Shown here piece after piece: positions 49,901 to 63,117 of a stretch of DNA of 64,000 nt. Source of the stretch: Trichosphaerium sp. ATCC 40318 (lineage: Eukaryota; Protista; Tubulinea); contig JALMLS010000228.1 of assembly GCA_038496445.1 (NCBI GenBank), positions 310,001 to 374,000 on the forward strand, read 5' to 3'. A program made the position numbers and the translations under genes. A model generated the notes under the pieces. It ran no database searches. It was not told the origin of the DNA and was given only the letters and a program-made list of their open reading frames with translations. How positions within the stretch are numbered: position 1 is the first letter of the stretch; the number at the start of each line of letters is the position of its first letter.

Positions 49901-52044
49901 ATAGGAATAATTATTTACCTTAAATATAATCCCTTTGGTAGCTCTAACAACAATCTAAAATCAAGTTAAAACAGGTTTTTTCCAAATGATAACTAATCCA
50001 CACCTCAATTGTGAACTTTGTGAGTAAATCATCTTGTTTCTCTGTGTAAATACCATACATGAGAGCCATACCCAAATATCTCAAGTTAACGCCACGACTG
50101 TGAAAGACATCCTAAAAAAAGAAGTGTTACACAAAAAAAAAATTGATAATTTGTACCCTTATTGGTAATGTATCATCGAAGTCATCACATACTTCTGGAA
50201 TGAGCTCTTTCCAAATACGTGATGTAGCAGTTCTCACTTCTCTGCAAGATAAGAATAAGAACAAACACGCACAAGGTGAATAAAAACGCACGGATTATTT
50301 TCTTTAGCTTCTACTTTCCCGAAATAACTGAAGCTATCACTACTCAAAGGAACAGGACTCATCCTCACAAGTTCTGGTCGCATCAATCTATATAAATGAC
50401 ACCCTCTTACGCTAAGTAGAATATTAATAAAGAAACGCCAAAGCAATATTCATTACCCTTTGCATGGAGTAGTTGGTGGGAACAATCTCGCTATTGTATC
50501 GGTTTAGTACAAACCACACCGCTTTACTACAGTGTAATACCTGTATCTATAACGTAATAACGCCCATCAGAAGCTAAATGGCCTTCAATATCTACAGGGC
50601 CCCAAATCTCCTTTGTTTTATGTGTAGAACGCTCAATAACTTTATGTCTCTTGAGATTAAGCTTCTTCATGGCTTGTTTAATCAACACTTTTGAAAAACT
50701 AAGTTAAACCAATTAAACAAAGTAATCGAACCTTCTATGTTGTAATCTACTTTAACAGTATTACTAGCATCTCCGGAACCATAAATAAGCGTCCTTCCTG
50801 TTAAAGGAAGCTAAGAATAGTCAGATTTTTGAAGCGTTCAAAATTGGCTCTTGCGAGCGTACTTTGCTGATTACAATTACGTAATGACCCAGTACAGTGA
50901 TAAGACACATCAGTGGGAAATGTAAATTAGGTATACCACAGGAAATCAAGGCGTTTAGAGATTTCAACTAAATGACATTTAAAACGAATAAAAAAAATTA
51001 AAAAAAGTGATCATATACCTCATGAAGCGCAGCTTTTAACGCCCATTCATCGCCACCGTATAGATTAATTTCTACGTTATCCTTGGCGAACTTTAAGAAC
51101 AGCTGTCCTATAAGACACGAGAGTGTCAGCAAAAAAGAAATAAATCCTTAAAAGGAATTACAAAATCCGAAATTATTCCGAACCTGTAATGTATTTATCT
51201 CCACCAGCAATACCACCAACGCCAGCAGGTTTAATCTTTACATATACATTAGAATAAAGTAAAATACTAATATAGTAATCGAGAAAAAAAATAAATAAAG
51301 TCAAATCCTTACTGTTTTGTTTGCATCATCTTCATGAAGTTCTCTAACAATAGTCTCTACTATCGGTACAGCTACTTCTAAAAACCCTCGCGTTAACTCT
51401 TCAATATCTTTCTGCCTTTGTAGCCCCTAGTGGGAACGTTTTGAGCCGATAAAAATTATGTCAACGCTCTAAATATTTAATACCTCCTCAGGTGTAGTGG
51501 TAGGGCGCTCGAGTATGCGTTGAAACCGCTCATTCCAATAATACTGCTCTACAAAGTTTGTTTGACTATGATCCTGTTTTATGTGCTTTGGTTTGGTCCC
51601 CTTTTCATCATTGGTACTACTAGAGAACTCTGTTTTATAAACGTCGTCGTCACTTCCATACGCAGCGACGTCACCTTTTTACGTCAGATTTATCAATAAC
51701 TATAAGGTACCAATTGACTCAGAGTCACTGAAGTCCTTTGGCTGTTTACCACCGTAATAGCTTCCTCGTGGGCTTTGAGTTGTTGCCGAGTTTGGCGTTT
51801 CCCTGTCGTACCCGCCATAATCAAGAGCGAGTTTATCAGGGTTATAATAAAAATTGTTGTATAAATATTCTTCATTTCCAGTGAGTGAGACATTTTCTTC
51901 GTCTGCAGGAGAGTTGTTACCAATATAAGCTCCGTGCTGCAATTCATCATCGAAACCAGCCGATTTGATGTACTCATGTAACGGTGTATCTGTGCTAGTG
52001 TTATATGCGTATAAATGCAACGCTTGAGGCTCAACAGCTGCCAT
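43996..52044 (-). CDS. Large Clu (clustered-mitochondria)-domain protein with kinesin-light-chain-type TPR array and long acidic/Pro-rich/Lys-rich tail, multi-exon
   Basis: WNERFQ, GGIAGGDKY, LYGGDEWALKAALHE, LHFPLMCLI, TLIYGSGDA, GPVDIEGH..DGRYYVID, LYRLMRPELV..PLSSDSFS, HSRGVNLRYLG; TPRs ALGDKHEQVAQTLLNIADLY, TLGANHSAVAVTTNNVAMVY; continuity across the 46.8-47.2 kb intron is inferred. Confidence 0.8.
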
Positions 52045-52172
52045 GCTTACACAGGCATGCACAAATGTATGCTTTTATCTTAATTTCAAAACCGAAAGTA
52101 ATTGAACGGGCGAACAAAAAAAAAATCGCCAAATAAAAAAGTTAGTTTACAAAAGTCTTTAAACGCACTAAA

Positions 52173-52994
52173 ATGCATTTTCTATGGAAGCGAATACTAG
52201 TGGGATTCATTTTTTATGTTTCTTTCGCTGTCCTACTGTTTTTTATGGAGAAAAAGCTTGGTAGCTTTATTAAAGTAGTGGCAGAAAAAGGATTGCTTGG
52301 TAACCGATTTTACTACACCTACGATGACGTGGAGACATACTTGTTTGCAATGGACCACTTCAGAATTCAGTATTGGCTGGTATATCAGTTGTTTGACTTA
52401 TTCTACGCGTGCGCTGCCTGTATAGTGATGGTTGATATGCTGACGTATTTTTGGGGTACGGAATCGCTCCCAATAAGGCTACGCGCACCTGTGTATTAAT
52501 CTAGAGCGCCTGTGATAGTTTGGAACAGCTCACAATTATTACTACCCATTTGACATTTTTTAGGCTCTATTGTTGGCATGAAGAGCTCATGGATCACTCT
52601 AGACCTTCTGCCTGTCATAACCTTCCTCGCTGACTTTGGAGAAAATTTTTGTTTCTTTGCTTTCGTTGCTCAGTATCCGTCTCCAGACCTTCGTGTACAG
52701 CGTTTGGCAAGCGCTTTAACGCGTGTAAAGCACTATTCTCAAATGTGCATGTACATTTTCCTAGCCGCGTGTATATTCGGTTGGGCTTGCTTGAGCTGTT
52801 GTAGTAAGGTACGCGTAATGCTCCAAGAATGCATGATCTTGTTATTAAATGTGCTCAAAGCGTATAAATCAGCTTGTTTTATTTTTATTCTTAGTCTTTT
52901 TTTTTTTGTAGGTAAAGCCGACTTCGCTGCCAAAGCAACCAACAGCCAAGCCAAAAGAAGAGTAGATAAGCTCCTAGCGAACGCAACAAACTAA
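52173..52994 (+). CDS. Multi-pass membrane protein of unknown function
   Basis: About 4-5 hydrophobic segments; FYYTYDDV..FDLFY and LPVITFLADFGEN..YPSP..ASALTRVK motifs; two GT-AG introns. Confidence 0.7.
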
Positions 52995-53118
52995 ACTAGG
53001 TGACATGTACTTCGAGGCAGGTGTTACTCTGAATGTACATAAACTGCCAAATCATCAAATATTTGTCTTCATTTTTTTTTGTTTGAATGTCGCATTATTT
53101 CAACAATTGTTTGTATAA

Positions 53119-54480
53119 ATGGTTGAATTGGCACGTCTGTTGTCTGCCTTTGGGTTCTCTACGTTCCTTTGTGGTCTTGGTTTACGTAAAAAGTGGTTAT
53201 CTATTGATGGTAAACAGCAACGGTTTTTTAAACGTATTTGGCTAACATCGCTGTCTTGAGGCGCAATTGCGGCGTTTGGAGTTGGTTTTGTTCACACTTT
53301 GGCAGGGAACGCATTTGTACTCTGCCTCGGCGTATTTTTCGTCTCGTCCTCTATTCTGACGAAGTACAAAAGTAAAGAAAAGCAAAAAATCGAAGTTGAC
53401 CACAAAAAAGGTTGAAACGCGTCTGGTTATTCTCTGCTGATAGTTTATAAGGTAGTCAACGTAATTGGATACAGGTTGTGGCCAATGCAGGTAATTAAAC
53501 GCTACCACAAATGATCAAATTCTTTCACCGAAATTAAAACAAGTCTAGGCACAAGCAGCATTCTTTGTCTTGCAATGCTCTACAGAGTAGGCCCATCCAA
53601 TGCGGCTCTAAATTTTGATGCTGATAGCATTAATTCCATGCTTGCAGCCGCCTTCATAGGGTACGGAACAATATACCAACAAAAATCACGTGATGCGCTT
53701 GAAGTCTTTACACGTGATCTTGCAAAATAAAGACTCATTCGAGTTCTGTAAGTTAAAGATTGTAGCCAATACGCTTGTACAAATGGAGACACGTGGGCAA
53801 GCGAGATAGGTGTTTTAAGCACTTCAGATCCGTATCTTATAACAACAGGAAAGAAGGTAAAGAGCAAATTACTATTTGTTATTTGGTATGATTTATAAAT
53901 GTTTCAGGTACGAAAAGGTACAAACGGTGGTGTTTCTGTACTTGGTACTATTGCTAGCGCAATAGGAGGATTAGTAATTGGTAAGTCATTGCTTTTTACA
54001 CATTGCTTATTATTAAAAGGTGTCACATGCATGCTTAGTTTCTCGCTATTTAGTGAACCTATGTTTAATTTGAATCATTACCCAGGTACATACCTATTAA
54101 TTCTACTGCACTACATTTAGTCCTTACGAACACCTTTAGTTGTTCTTTTGGGTCTTTTTGGAGGATTTACTGGATCACTGGTACGCTAAAGAGTTCAATG
54201 AAAGTGACACCTTGTTTATTATTTTGACAGATTGATTCTTTGCTTGGAGCTACATTACAATATTCTGGCCTTGATGTTGCATCAAACAAAGTTGTAGAAG
54301 GGCCAGGAAGAAATATAAAACATATTGCAGGAATGAACATATTAGATAATCATCAGGTATTGTGAATGCACAAATATCGCGCTAATGTCCTTCAAGGTTA
54401 ATTTTGCAGCGGCGCTGTTGACAGCTGCAGCTTCAGCTTGGATAGCACCATATTTATATACGTATGCACCACGACTATAA
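53119..54480 (+). CDS. TMEM19: TMEM19 / DUF92 integral membrane protein, multi-exon
   Basis: [54 protein letters not shown]|[35 protein letters not shown]. Confidence 0.93.
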
Positions 54481-54745
54481 TAAAGCAACATAACTACTTC
54501 AATCATTGCCACAAAAGTCGTAAGGTTTTTTGGATACAAACCATAATCCAATTTGATTTTTTGTACTCGCCGTGTTATACTTCGCTTTTGACACTTGTCA
54601 TTTCGTTGATTGTTCATTTTACACCGCATTTTTGGAATGTTATTCCTAGCCATGAACGTCAAATCGATTACGTTTTCAGTGTTTGACGGACTTAACCGTT
54701 TTGTACTCAATTCTTGGAACCATCCTTTTGCCGCCGTAGTTCCCA

Positions 54746-57700
54746 ATGGACGAAATGGAAGTAGAATTAGAAGGTAAACGGCGTCAAGAAGTCACAAATG
54801 AACCAAATAAGCGACAACGCTCAGAAACTGTTGACGTCGCTGAAGAAGCACCTTACGTACCATATGAAGTATTATACGAAATATTTGAGCTACTGAACCT
54901 GAAAACTATTCAAAGTTCATGTCGACTTGTTAACGTACGCTCATTTGCCTTTATCCCATTGCTACATTACAACAACGTTACTTGTTACCATTCTCTTATT
55001 TGTTAACATCTCACGAAGCGTTTGTGGAGCGATGTGTCGTATGCCCATAAGTTCTGTTGGACTAGACTAAGTACGCTCATTTAAATCATCACAAAGCTGC
55101 AACCAAAGGAAAAAACCAAATGACAAAATTTTTTTTTTCTGATTTTCAATTCGCTAGCGAGTTTGAGCATTGAACGAGAGGGTTTCAATCGTTATTGTGG
55201 ATATGTGCGCGCCCAAGGTGATTATGATGGAATTGTCAAAGTTGCAGAGCTAGGTTGGCGCGGGCGAAGCCTTATGGTATGTTTTTTTCGATTTTGTTGA
55301 TTGTTTTGTTTTCACCTTTGTGGTGACTTTGAAGCAACTTGTTAATAAGGTTTATCTATAGCTTGGTAACTCCAAGGGTCACGTGTTCTTTAAAGGGTCT
55401 ATAGATCCCTGCACCAAACAGCTGGCATCGTTTATTCAGAGTAAAGTTTTCGAAGGTTTATTGAATGGAGAAGAGAATAAGATTTTAACTCTTCAGTGGT
55501 CTGTTGAGCCGAAAGACTTGCAAGAAGATGATAGCCAAACAATAACACTCGATTTTCTCATAAATATAGCAACGCACGTGATTTTTAAGTTGTATTATTA
55601 ATTGTACTATTAAGATACTAGCTTTGATTTTTTTTATTATTATTTTTTAATGTGCCTTTTAGTTTCAGGCGCTCTCTCCTTCCTGATGCAAAGGCTATTG
55701 ATCCAGATATCAAAAAGCTTATATATGTAACAGTGGAATACGATTTATTTTGCGACTTAAGAAAGAAACGTGATGATATGCTAAGGACTTTTTCAAATTC
55801 GTTCATACCAAAGGTGCGTTTTTTTTTGGTTTACTTGTCTTAACATTGCTACGGAGTAGAAAATAGTTGATAGACTGACACAACCTGATGGAATGAAAGC
55901 TACTTTATATAAGTACCAACTCGATGCAATAACATGGATGGAGTCTGTAGAAGATGATGTTGACAATAAGAATGGTTTGTTGTTTTTTATGTAAATTTGT
56001 TACTTGTTAACGTTGATTAGTTTTCAGCTACAGTTGTATATGGCAGTGGCCAAAACTCTCTGAGCATGTGTTCTTGCTTAAACCCAGCAAATTTTATCCA
56101 AAAAGTGATATCCTGTCTGTTGTCAAGGATAGATATTTAGACCTCAATTTGACATTCCGAGGTGGTGTTTTAGCTGACGAAATGGGATTAGGTGAGTTTT
56201 TTGCTTTTTTCCCATTGAGGTTACCTACCGAAAGCGTTAATGTACTTTGCGCAGGTAAAACTCTAGAAATGATTGGTCTCATACTTGACAAACCTGCACC
56301 TCCAGAGTTCTGTGGAACAGAGGAAGCACCAGTGTTTACTGATTTTAGGCTTCACACTAAGGCAACATTGAGTAAGTTTTGGATTTTAATTTTCAATTCA
56401 CTTATTACCTCAAACAGTCGCTTGCCCGAATCATCTTTGCAAGCAATGGATTTCTGAGTTTGAAAAGCATGTTTCATCTGAGCTTTCAATTCTTAAGGTG
56501 ACAACTATCTCTCAATGGAAGAAACTCAATTACAAAAAAGTACTTAATGCAGGTATGTCAGAACTTTATTTAGAACAAGGAGTTTAAACTTCTACGTTGT
56601 CTTTGATTTTGTGATCTTTTTCTTCTTGTTTGTTACTAAGAATACACGTTTCTCTACTCACCTCTTGGTTCTTAACTGACCTTTTTTTACTAGATGTTGT
56701 GGTTGTGTCATATGAATTTATAAAAAATAACAATTACAGTTTTGCTATTTGTGGAAGTCTTAACACAGTTAACGCTGAATCTGTGTTGAAACGGTTTTCT
56801 ACATCTAGAAGTAAAATGAAAGTAAGCGTCATCATCAATCACGTGGGTTTAAACGTTATTTAAACTTGTTTTAGAAGCTGCGCACTTCTAACACACCTGT
56901 GGAAGAAATTTTAAAAGGAAGGTTTGCTATTGAAAACATCGTCTGGCATAGAGTTATTACTGATGAGGTACCTCCTTTAGTTACTATTAAATCTATTATT
57001 GAGTCTTATTAAAGGGTCATGATCGCCTTGATAAAGATCTTTACTATGGTACCTAAAGCATAAGCAGCTTCTTTTTGTTGTTTTATTGTTATTATCTAAC
57101 TTGTTCTTTGAAGTTTTCTTTCGTGATCTTCAAGCAACATACTGTTGGTACATGTCAGGTAATAATACACGTGAACACCTAACATCATAACATACTTATA
57201 TAGGAACACCATTTCCTTCATGGGAAGCTGTAGATGGTGCAATGACATTCTTACATTTCAAGTCAAACAACGAGGATAAAGAAATATTTTATCCTTATCC
57301 TGAGTATTTTATACTTCCTTGGTGCGTACCTTGGTTAACAATCATGTTATATAATAATTTTCTCAGGCAAGACAAAAAGAGTGCCGCTATTAAAGCGAAG
57401 AAAGATCAGACATGGACAAGTGATACATCGTTTGCTAATCATCACCAGTTCGTATTTTTTTTTCTCTTTTTATCCTTTTCTTTACCTTTTCTGATTTGTT
57501 CTTAACCCTTCTTTAGATGGGTTGCTAGTGATATTTTATTTAATAACCTATATTGGCGTCATACAAAATCGAGCACAGCTGATGAGTTTGATATTCCTGA
57601 CTATGCTCAAGGTAGAGAAATGTTTTATTTTTTATTTAACGTCACAATTTACTATGCAAGAGAATGGTCCTTAGTATTAATATTCTGATATCAATGCCTA

Positions 57701-59884
57701 TTTAGATTACAGATTCCTCGAATTCAGTGCTACTGAACGCGCAATATATAAGAGTCTTGCTGTAGATAACAAACTAGGTACTATATTAAAGCAACTTGTT
57801 TGGTGCCATCAAAACAACCCTTATTGGTGGATGCAAAAGAAACATCTTTTAGCTTGGTAGATTGACGTATTCTTCTAGATAACATGAGCGAGTTATGCTC
57901 TATTTTGAGTAGTAATAATATTGACGCAATGAAGCAAAAGTTTGTCAGAGCAGCAAACGCACGTGCTTTTTAAAGTAGAAAAGTTGTTTTCTTTTTTTCC
58001 ATTAATATTTACGTATTGTTTTAGTCTGTAGTTATGCAGTTTCCAGGCGAACATAGACGCAGTAAGGAAAACTTGGAACGTTTGATGACTAGGAAAGGTG
58101 AATTACCAGATCTTGTAAAAAAAGCTACAGCGGCTTTTGATAAAGCACAAAAACGATCGGTACTTATTACCATAGAGTGTTCAGGATTAATCTTATTTTG
58201 TTGCCAAGAGTCCAAGTCCTTATGTTTTGAGAGAATCTCGAAACAGGTTAGCATTGCTTAAAAGCGAATTGAAGAGTGTTCTTAAACGAATAAAGAGCGT
58301 TGAGAAACATATAATCAAGCTGAAAGCAGGCCTTAAGTTGGCTAAACAAAAGCTAAGAATACTGAACAAAGTAGTAAGTTGAATCTTTCTTTTTTTTTTT
58401 TGAAGCATAAAAATCTCACATTGTGTAGCCTAATTTGGACATGTCTTTTATAAATACGCATCAATATTATCGTGGTAAAGCTAGTATAAGTGGATCAGGA
58501 ACTAATTTTAAATCTTGGTCTATAAAACAGTACGAGAAGTCAACTTAGTTGAGTTGATGTTTTAAGTTGTTTCGAAACTTAATTGATTTCTGTGATTTAT
58601 TATCCATATAGGATTAAAGAAGAACTCGCTCTTCGTACAAAAGACCTTGAAGGAAACAAAAAAAAGTTGGGTGATCGATTGAGAGAGTATGTCGATGAAG
58701 AAGAAAGACAAATTAAAGTATGTTTTACATCTTTTATGATTATAAACTTACTCCAAATTAGAAAGGACTACCAAAGTATATGTACCGAAACTTAACAGAA
58801 GAACAAAGTATAAACTTATACGGTACAAAAATGGCTAACGTTATGTCATTCCTATTGGCTCTATGGGAAGAAGACTCAGATGAACAAGTCATCTTATTTA
58901 GTCGGGTCAGTAACTTTTTAATTCATAAAAAGCTCCTTCATTGCACCCTTCTTTAACATACTTGTAACATTACTCATAGTTCCCAAAAGTACTTACAAAG
59001 GTTCACCACTTACTGGCTGAGAACAGTATTAACTCAACGAGTGTTTCTGGGTACATTGAAAAACAGATTTGTGAAAATTCTAACCTGTTTTCGAAAAAAG
59101 CAATGTGCATCAAAGAGAAAAAGCAATATCAGCGTTCACTGGTGGTTCTGCAAAAGTAATCCTTCTGGGGTACGTTATCTATCCATCAACTCATTTTTAA
59201 GACATCTAATTTGCTTTCAAAAGGTTACAAAACGCAGCATCGGGAACTAACTTGATGAACGCGAAATATATTGTATTGTTGGGTACGAAAAAACACTTAG
59301 AAGCCGCCCAGAGTGTTGAATTAATTTTGTTTTCTACAGATCCACCAAAAGGTACTCGCGAAGAAATAAAGGCAATAGAAGAACAAGCAATAGGAAGAGC
59401 TTATAGGTAAGCTTAAAAACACCAATTTTTTTTTTCAAAATTATAGTTGCACGTGTCAGGTGCTTGATAGTTTCTTACAGCTACAATCAATAATGCCACA
59501 AATTGAATTATTGTCAATTTGTTAGCACAGCAAATTATTTGGGGTTCTCATTATAATTAGGATGGGACAAAAACATAAAGTAACTATTGTTCGATTTGTT
59601 GTTAAGAATACTTTCGAAGAAGATGTTGTAGTTGCAGCCGCAAAAGCTGAGAAAGGCACGTGATTATAATACAATACTTGTTATACACATACTTAGCGTA
59701 ATGATTTTAAATAGAAGATAAGGAAGCCTTGGAGGAGTCTAAGAGAACACCAAAGAAGAGAAAAAAGAAAAAGATAAAATTGACTAGAACAAGTAGCTTG
59801 GGTACAATTATTGTAAATTCTCCAACAAAGCTATTACGTGAGTCAAGTTTGAACGATATGGAAAAGATGCTAACAAAGAAATAA
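54746..59884 (+). CDS. F-box + SNF2-family (RAD5/16-like) helicase/ATPase, multi-exon
   Basis: VPYEVLYEIFELLNLKTIQSSCRLVN; LYKYQLDAITWM, RGGVLADEMGL|GKTLEMIGLI, WHRVITDE|GH, WYMS|GTP, YGTKM, VILFSR|F, SGTNLMNA, EEQAIGRAYR|MGQKHKVTIVRFVVKNTFEE. Confidence 0.88.
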
Positions 59885-60160
59885 TCGATACACTGAGTCG
59901 CTATGTTGTTCAGAAAAGGCATCTTGAAGACAAACGCATTCTCACAATAAATAAGGCTTTGTCTGTTTTCTTGATCGTCTCATTCTTTGCTTGATATCGC
60001 CTTGATCATTTATTGCATGCGCTTGGGTTGCTACTCAATAAACAAAAAGTAAGCCAATGTCAAGAAAAAAAGCGCACTGTTCACAGAAAAGTGTGAAAGA
60101 CTGTGTCTGACTTATTGTTTAGTGCGTGAACTTTAAATATCCAAAAATAACAACACAACT

Positions 60161-61242
60161 ATGGCAAAACGACAACGGAGTCTCCAAAAGAAACGTGAAC
60201 GGCTTAATAAGACTAGAAACAAGAAAAAGGGCATTAGCGCTGAAGAGACACGAGGAGTACTCTATGATGGCTTAGAAGACATTTTGTCGCTTGGAGAAGG
60301 TGATTCTATGTACAAAGCGAACTTCTTTCCAACAGAAACCGAAAAAGACGACATTTTCTTGAATATACTCAATGAGGCTTTCTTTGAGCAAATGTTCTTC
60401 TTTTCTCATGGAAACAACGAAGACGAAGAAGTAAAACCCATTCCTAGATTAATAACAGCACAAACCTACAAATCAGACGAAGCCTCGCCTATTTATCGTA
60501 TGCCTGGGTGTAATGAACGTAATATTGGGACTACGAAGTGGACTCCTACTGTTGCTAAAGTCAGAGACGCTGTATCCGAGCACTATGGTCAAAGATTCAA
60601 TCATTGTGTTATTACTCTTTACAGAAATGGTCAAGACACCTTGGGTTCTCATAAAGATAAACTCCTTGATTTACAACACAACTCTCTTATTTTAAGTGTA
60701 TCCTTTGGAGCACCAAGGCCTATATGGTTTAAAGGTAGTGAAGATTCTGAAAATCATACAGTCATGCTACAATCTGGTTCTGTTTTGTCAATTGGCACGT
60801 GCTTTTTTCTTTTTTCTTCCTTTTTTCGTCTCTTTGTTTCTTTGACTAACAGGACGTTTGTAGGTCCCAAGACAAATTTGAATTACACACATGGCATTCC
60901 TCGCGTAGAAGATCTTGATGCTCCTCGGATTTCATTATCGTTCAGGACAATCGCAACAAAGATAAACGAAAAAACAAACGAGATTATTGGTAAAGGAAAT
61001 AAATATCAAACTAAGAATTATCCGTTTATTAGAAGGTACTGGCCTCCGTCCCTTTACTTTTGGTTTCCGAGTATTTATTAATTACTATATTTAGTTATCC
61101 TAACAGAAAATCATACACCAAAGAAGTGTTAAAGATAGTCGAGAGTCATGAAGAGAAAGCACGTCTTGAGTTAATCAAAATTAGAGAAAAAGTTGCTGAA
61201 GCAATTAAAGAAAAGCGGGAAGTAGCTGTACCAGCAGCTTGA
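60161..61242 (+). CDS. AlkB-family 2OG-Fe(II) dioxygenase
   Basis: FNHCVITLYRNGQDTLGSHKD (HxD), SVSFGAPR, YTHGIPR, PRISLSFR; two introns. Confidence 0.9.
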
Positions 61243-61872
61243 GTAGTGAAACAAATATTCAACACCCTCCTTAAGAGAAGAGTATAACCTGTTACCTCAC
61301 AAGAGAATACTGCAATAAAATAGTTTTTAGAGCGGATTTCAGTTATGGCTTTTTAACTTGGCAAAAATGGAGAATGCTAAGCCTCATAGTACTATACTAA
61401 CTGGTGAAGTCGAAAACTGGTTTCCGGGATCTCTGTACTCCCGTGATTTTCTATCCTATTTCGCATGTTTGTCTGTTGTGTTTGTGTATTGGTGTGTTGC
61501 GTATACGTCGACCAAACCACGTTATACTTACATTTAGATAACATGATAACCAACCTGAAACAGCATTATCAGCAGTGATGTATCCTTGCAAGCCTCATTT
61601 TGCACAGAGCTGCAATACGTTAGAAACAAATACAAAGAAGTTAACAAATTGGGTTTCAAATCGTTGAGAATAGCTGGATTAGCTCATGATGTACTCCGTT
61701 CAGCATTATAAATGACTTGACTGATGCTATAGCTCTCACGGAGCAGCTCTACAAGAAGGAATTAAGAAAATTAAACAATAACTTTAAGTCACCTCAGATT
61801 TACTTCTGTGGACTATGTCATAGTAGTACGTTCATTTTTTCACGTGAGCAATTATACTGTAGCTTATTGAAA

Positions 61873-62493
61873 ATGGAGAACGTACCCAATGAAATACTCT
61901 ACAACATTATAGGATACCTTGACATGCCTTCCTATGCTTGTTCTCTAAAAGTATGCTCTAATTGGCTAGCTATTGGAAAGATAGATAGTTTACAGAGTTT
62001 ATTTGTGGATAGAAAGCAAATTAGATTGTATAAACAGCCCAGAAACGAAAAAAACACAATCAGGCACAGATCAAACTGGAAAGATAAGGGTTGGCCATAC
62101 GAGTATGTCAAGGCTAATAAGGAAGGTATGGGAAGACTTGTAAAGCTTGTGTCTTGGAGTTTTGTGTATAGGTATCATCAAGGAAGCAGCAGGCATTTTA
62201 TCAAAGGATGGGAAGCTGTTGTACCTGGTTCATGTCTAAAGGTTGTTTACAGTCAACAATTAGGAAGCAATTTTATTATATCGATTACATGGAATGGAAG
62301 CACATTGAAATACCACCATTATTTAAGTACATCGGCATTCGAATTTGAAAAAGAGGGAAAAAAGACAGAGGAGGGTAAAGAAGAGTTTTACAAAGACTTT
62401 CTTTCTTATGTTGGTTTACCTCGTAGAATATCTCTTTTTAGAAAGTTCCTTGAAGCTTGTGGTGTACATCGGTTATTAAAACAAAATGTCTGA
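61873..62493 (+). CDS. Intronless F-box protein
   Basis: MENVPNEILYNIIGYLDMPSYACSLKVCSNW F-box; remainder unassigned. Confidence 0.75.
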   Translation: MENVPNEILYNIIGYLDMPSYACSLKVCSNWLAIGKIDSLQSLFVDRKQIRLYKQPRNEKNTIRHRSNWKDKGWPYEYVKANKEGMGRLVKLVSWSFVYRYHQGSSRHFIKGWEAVVPGSCLKVVYSQQLGSNFIISITWNGSTLKYHHYLSTSAFEFEKEGKKTEEGKEEFYKDFLSYVGLPRRISLFRKFLEACGVHRLLKQNV

Positions 62494-63117
62494 ACAAGTG
62501 AGACATTTCAGGCGTTTGAACAAACTGGACTGATACAACAAAACAGACAACCGACTCAAGCAGGTTTATACGATAGCAAGCAGAAATCACCCTCCCACTA
62601 CCACCCTTCATAAAAAAAAAAAAAAATTTGTTTTCTCTTTTTGTATTTTATTGCATTCGCGATCATGTTTTGTAAATAAACCTCACACATGCTCGCTCTG
62701 TGCCAGAGCTATCGGCCAGGGACCGTGTGTTCCTTTCCTCCCAGATCGTCTTGCACCACTTTTGTTGGGATTGAGGTATTGGTCTAACGTCCATTAAATA
62801 CAAAGTGGTGTGGGGGTGGACAACTCAAGCATCTGGCGATGATGGTTTATAAACTTAAGTATTCATTGAAATGAAACAGACTGTTTTTATTGTTCAAAAT
62901 AATCGTCGAATGAGATAGTTGGTAGAAATGATGTAAAGTTTCTGGAGGTACAGTCGTTCCATGCTAGCAGATCTGTGTCGTTGGCATTGGGACAAGCTTC
63001 AAGCTTTAGTGAGAGCGTGGGTGCTTGTAAACGCATTAAATGGCTTTCCAAACTCGAGGGTTCCACAGGAAGTGTTTTGACCAAAATAAATAACATAGTT
63101 TTTTGTGCTAAACAGAA

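Noticed and set aside
61367-61872. Upstream extension or separate gene before the F-box ORF
   Set aside because: All frames are interrupted by stops; the listed ORF start is a TTG and the F-box begins at ATG 61873
62690-62850. RNase P/MRP or spliceosomal snRNA
   Set aside because: Only a partial GAGGAAAG match on the minus strand; no CR-V, Sm site or other diagnostic motif recognised
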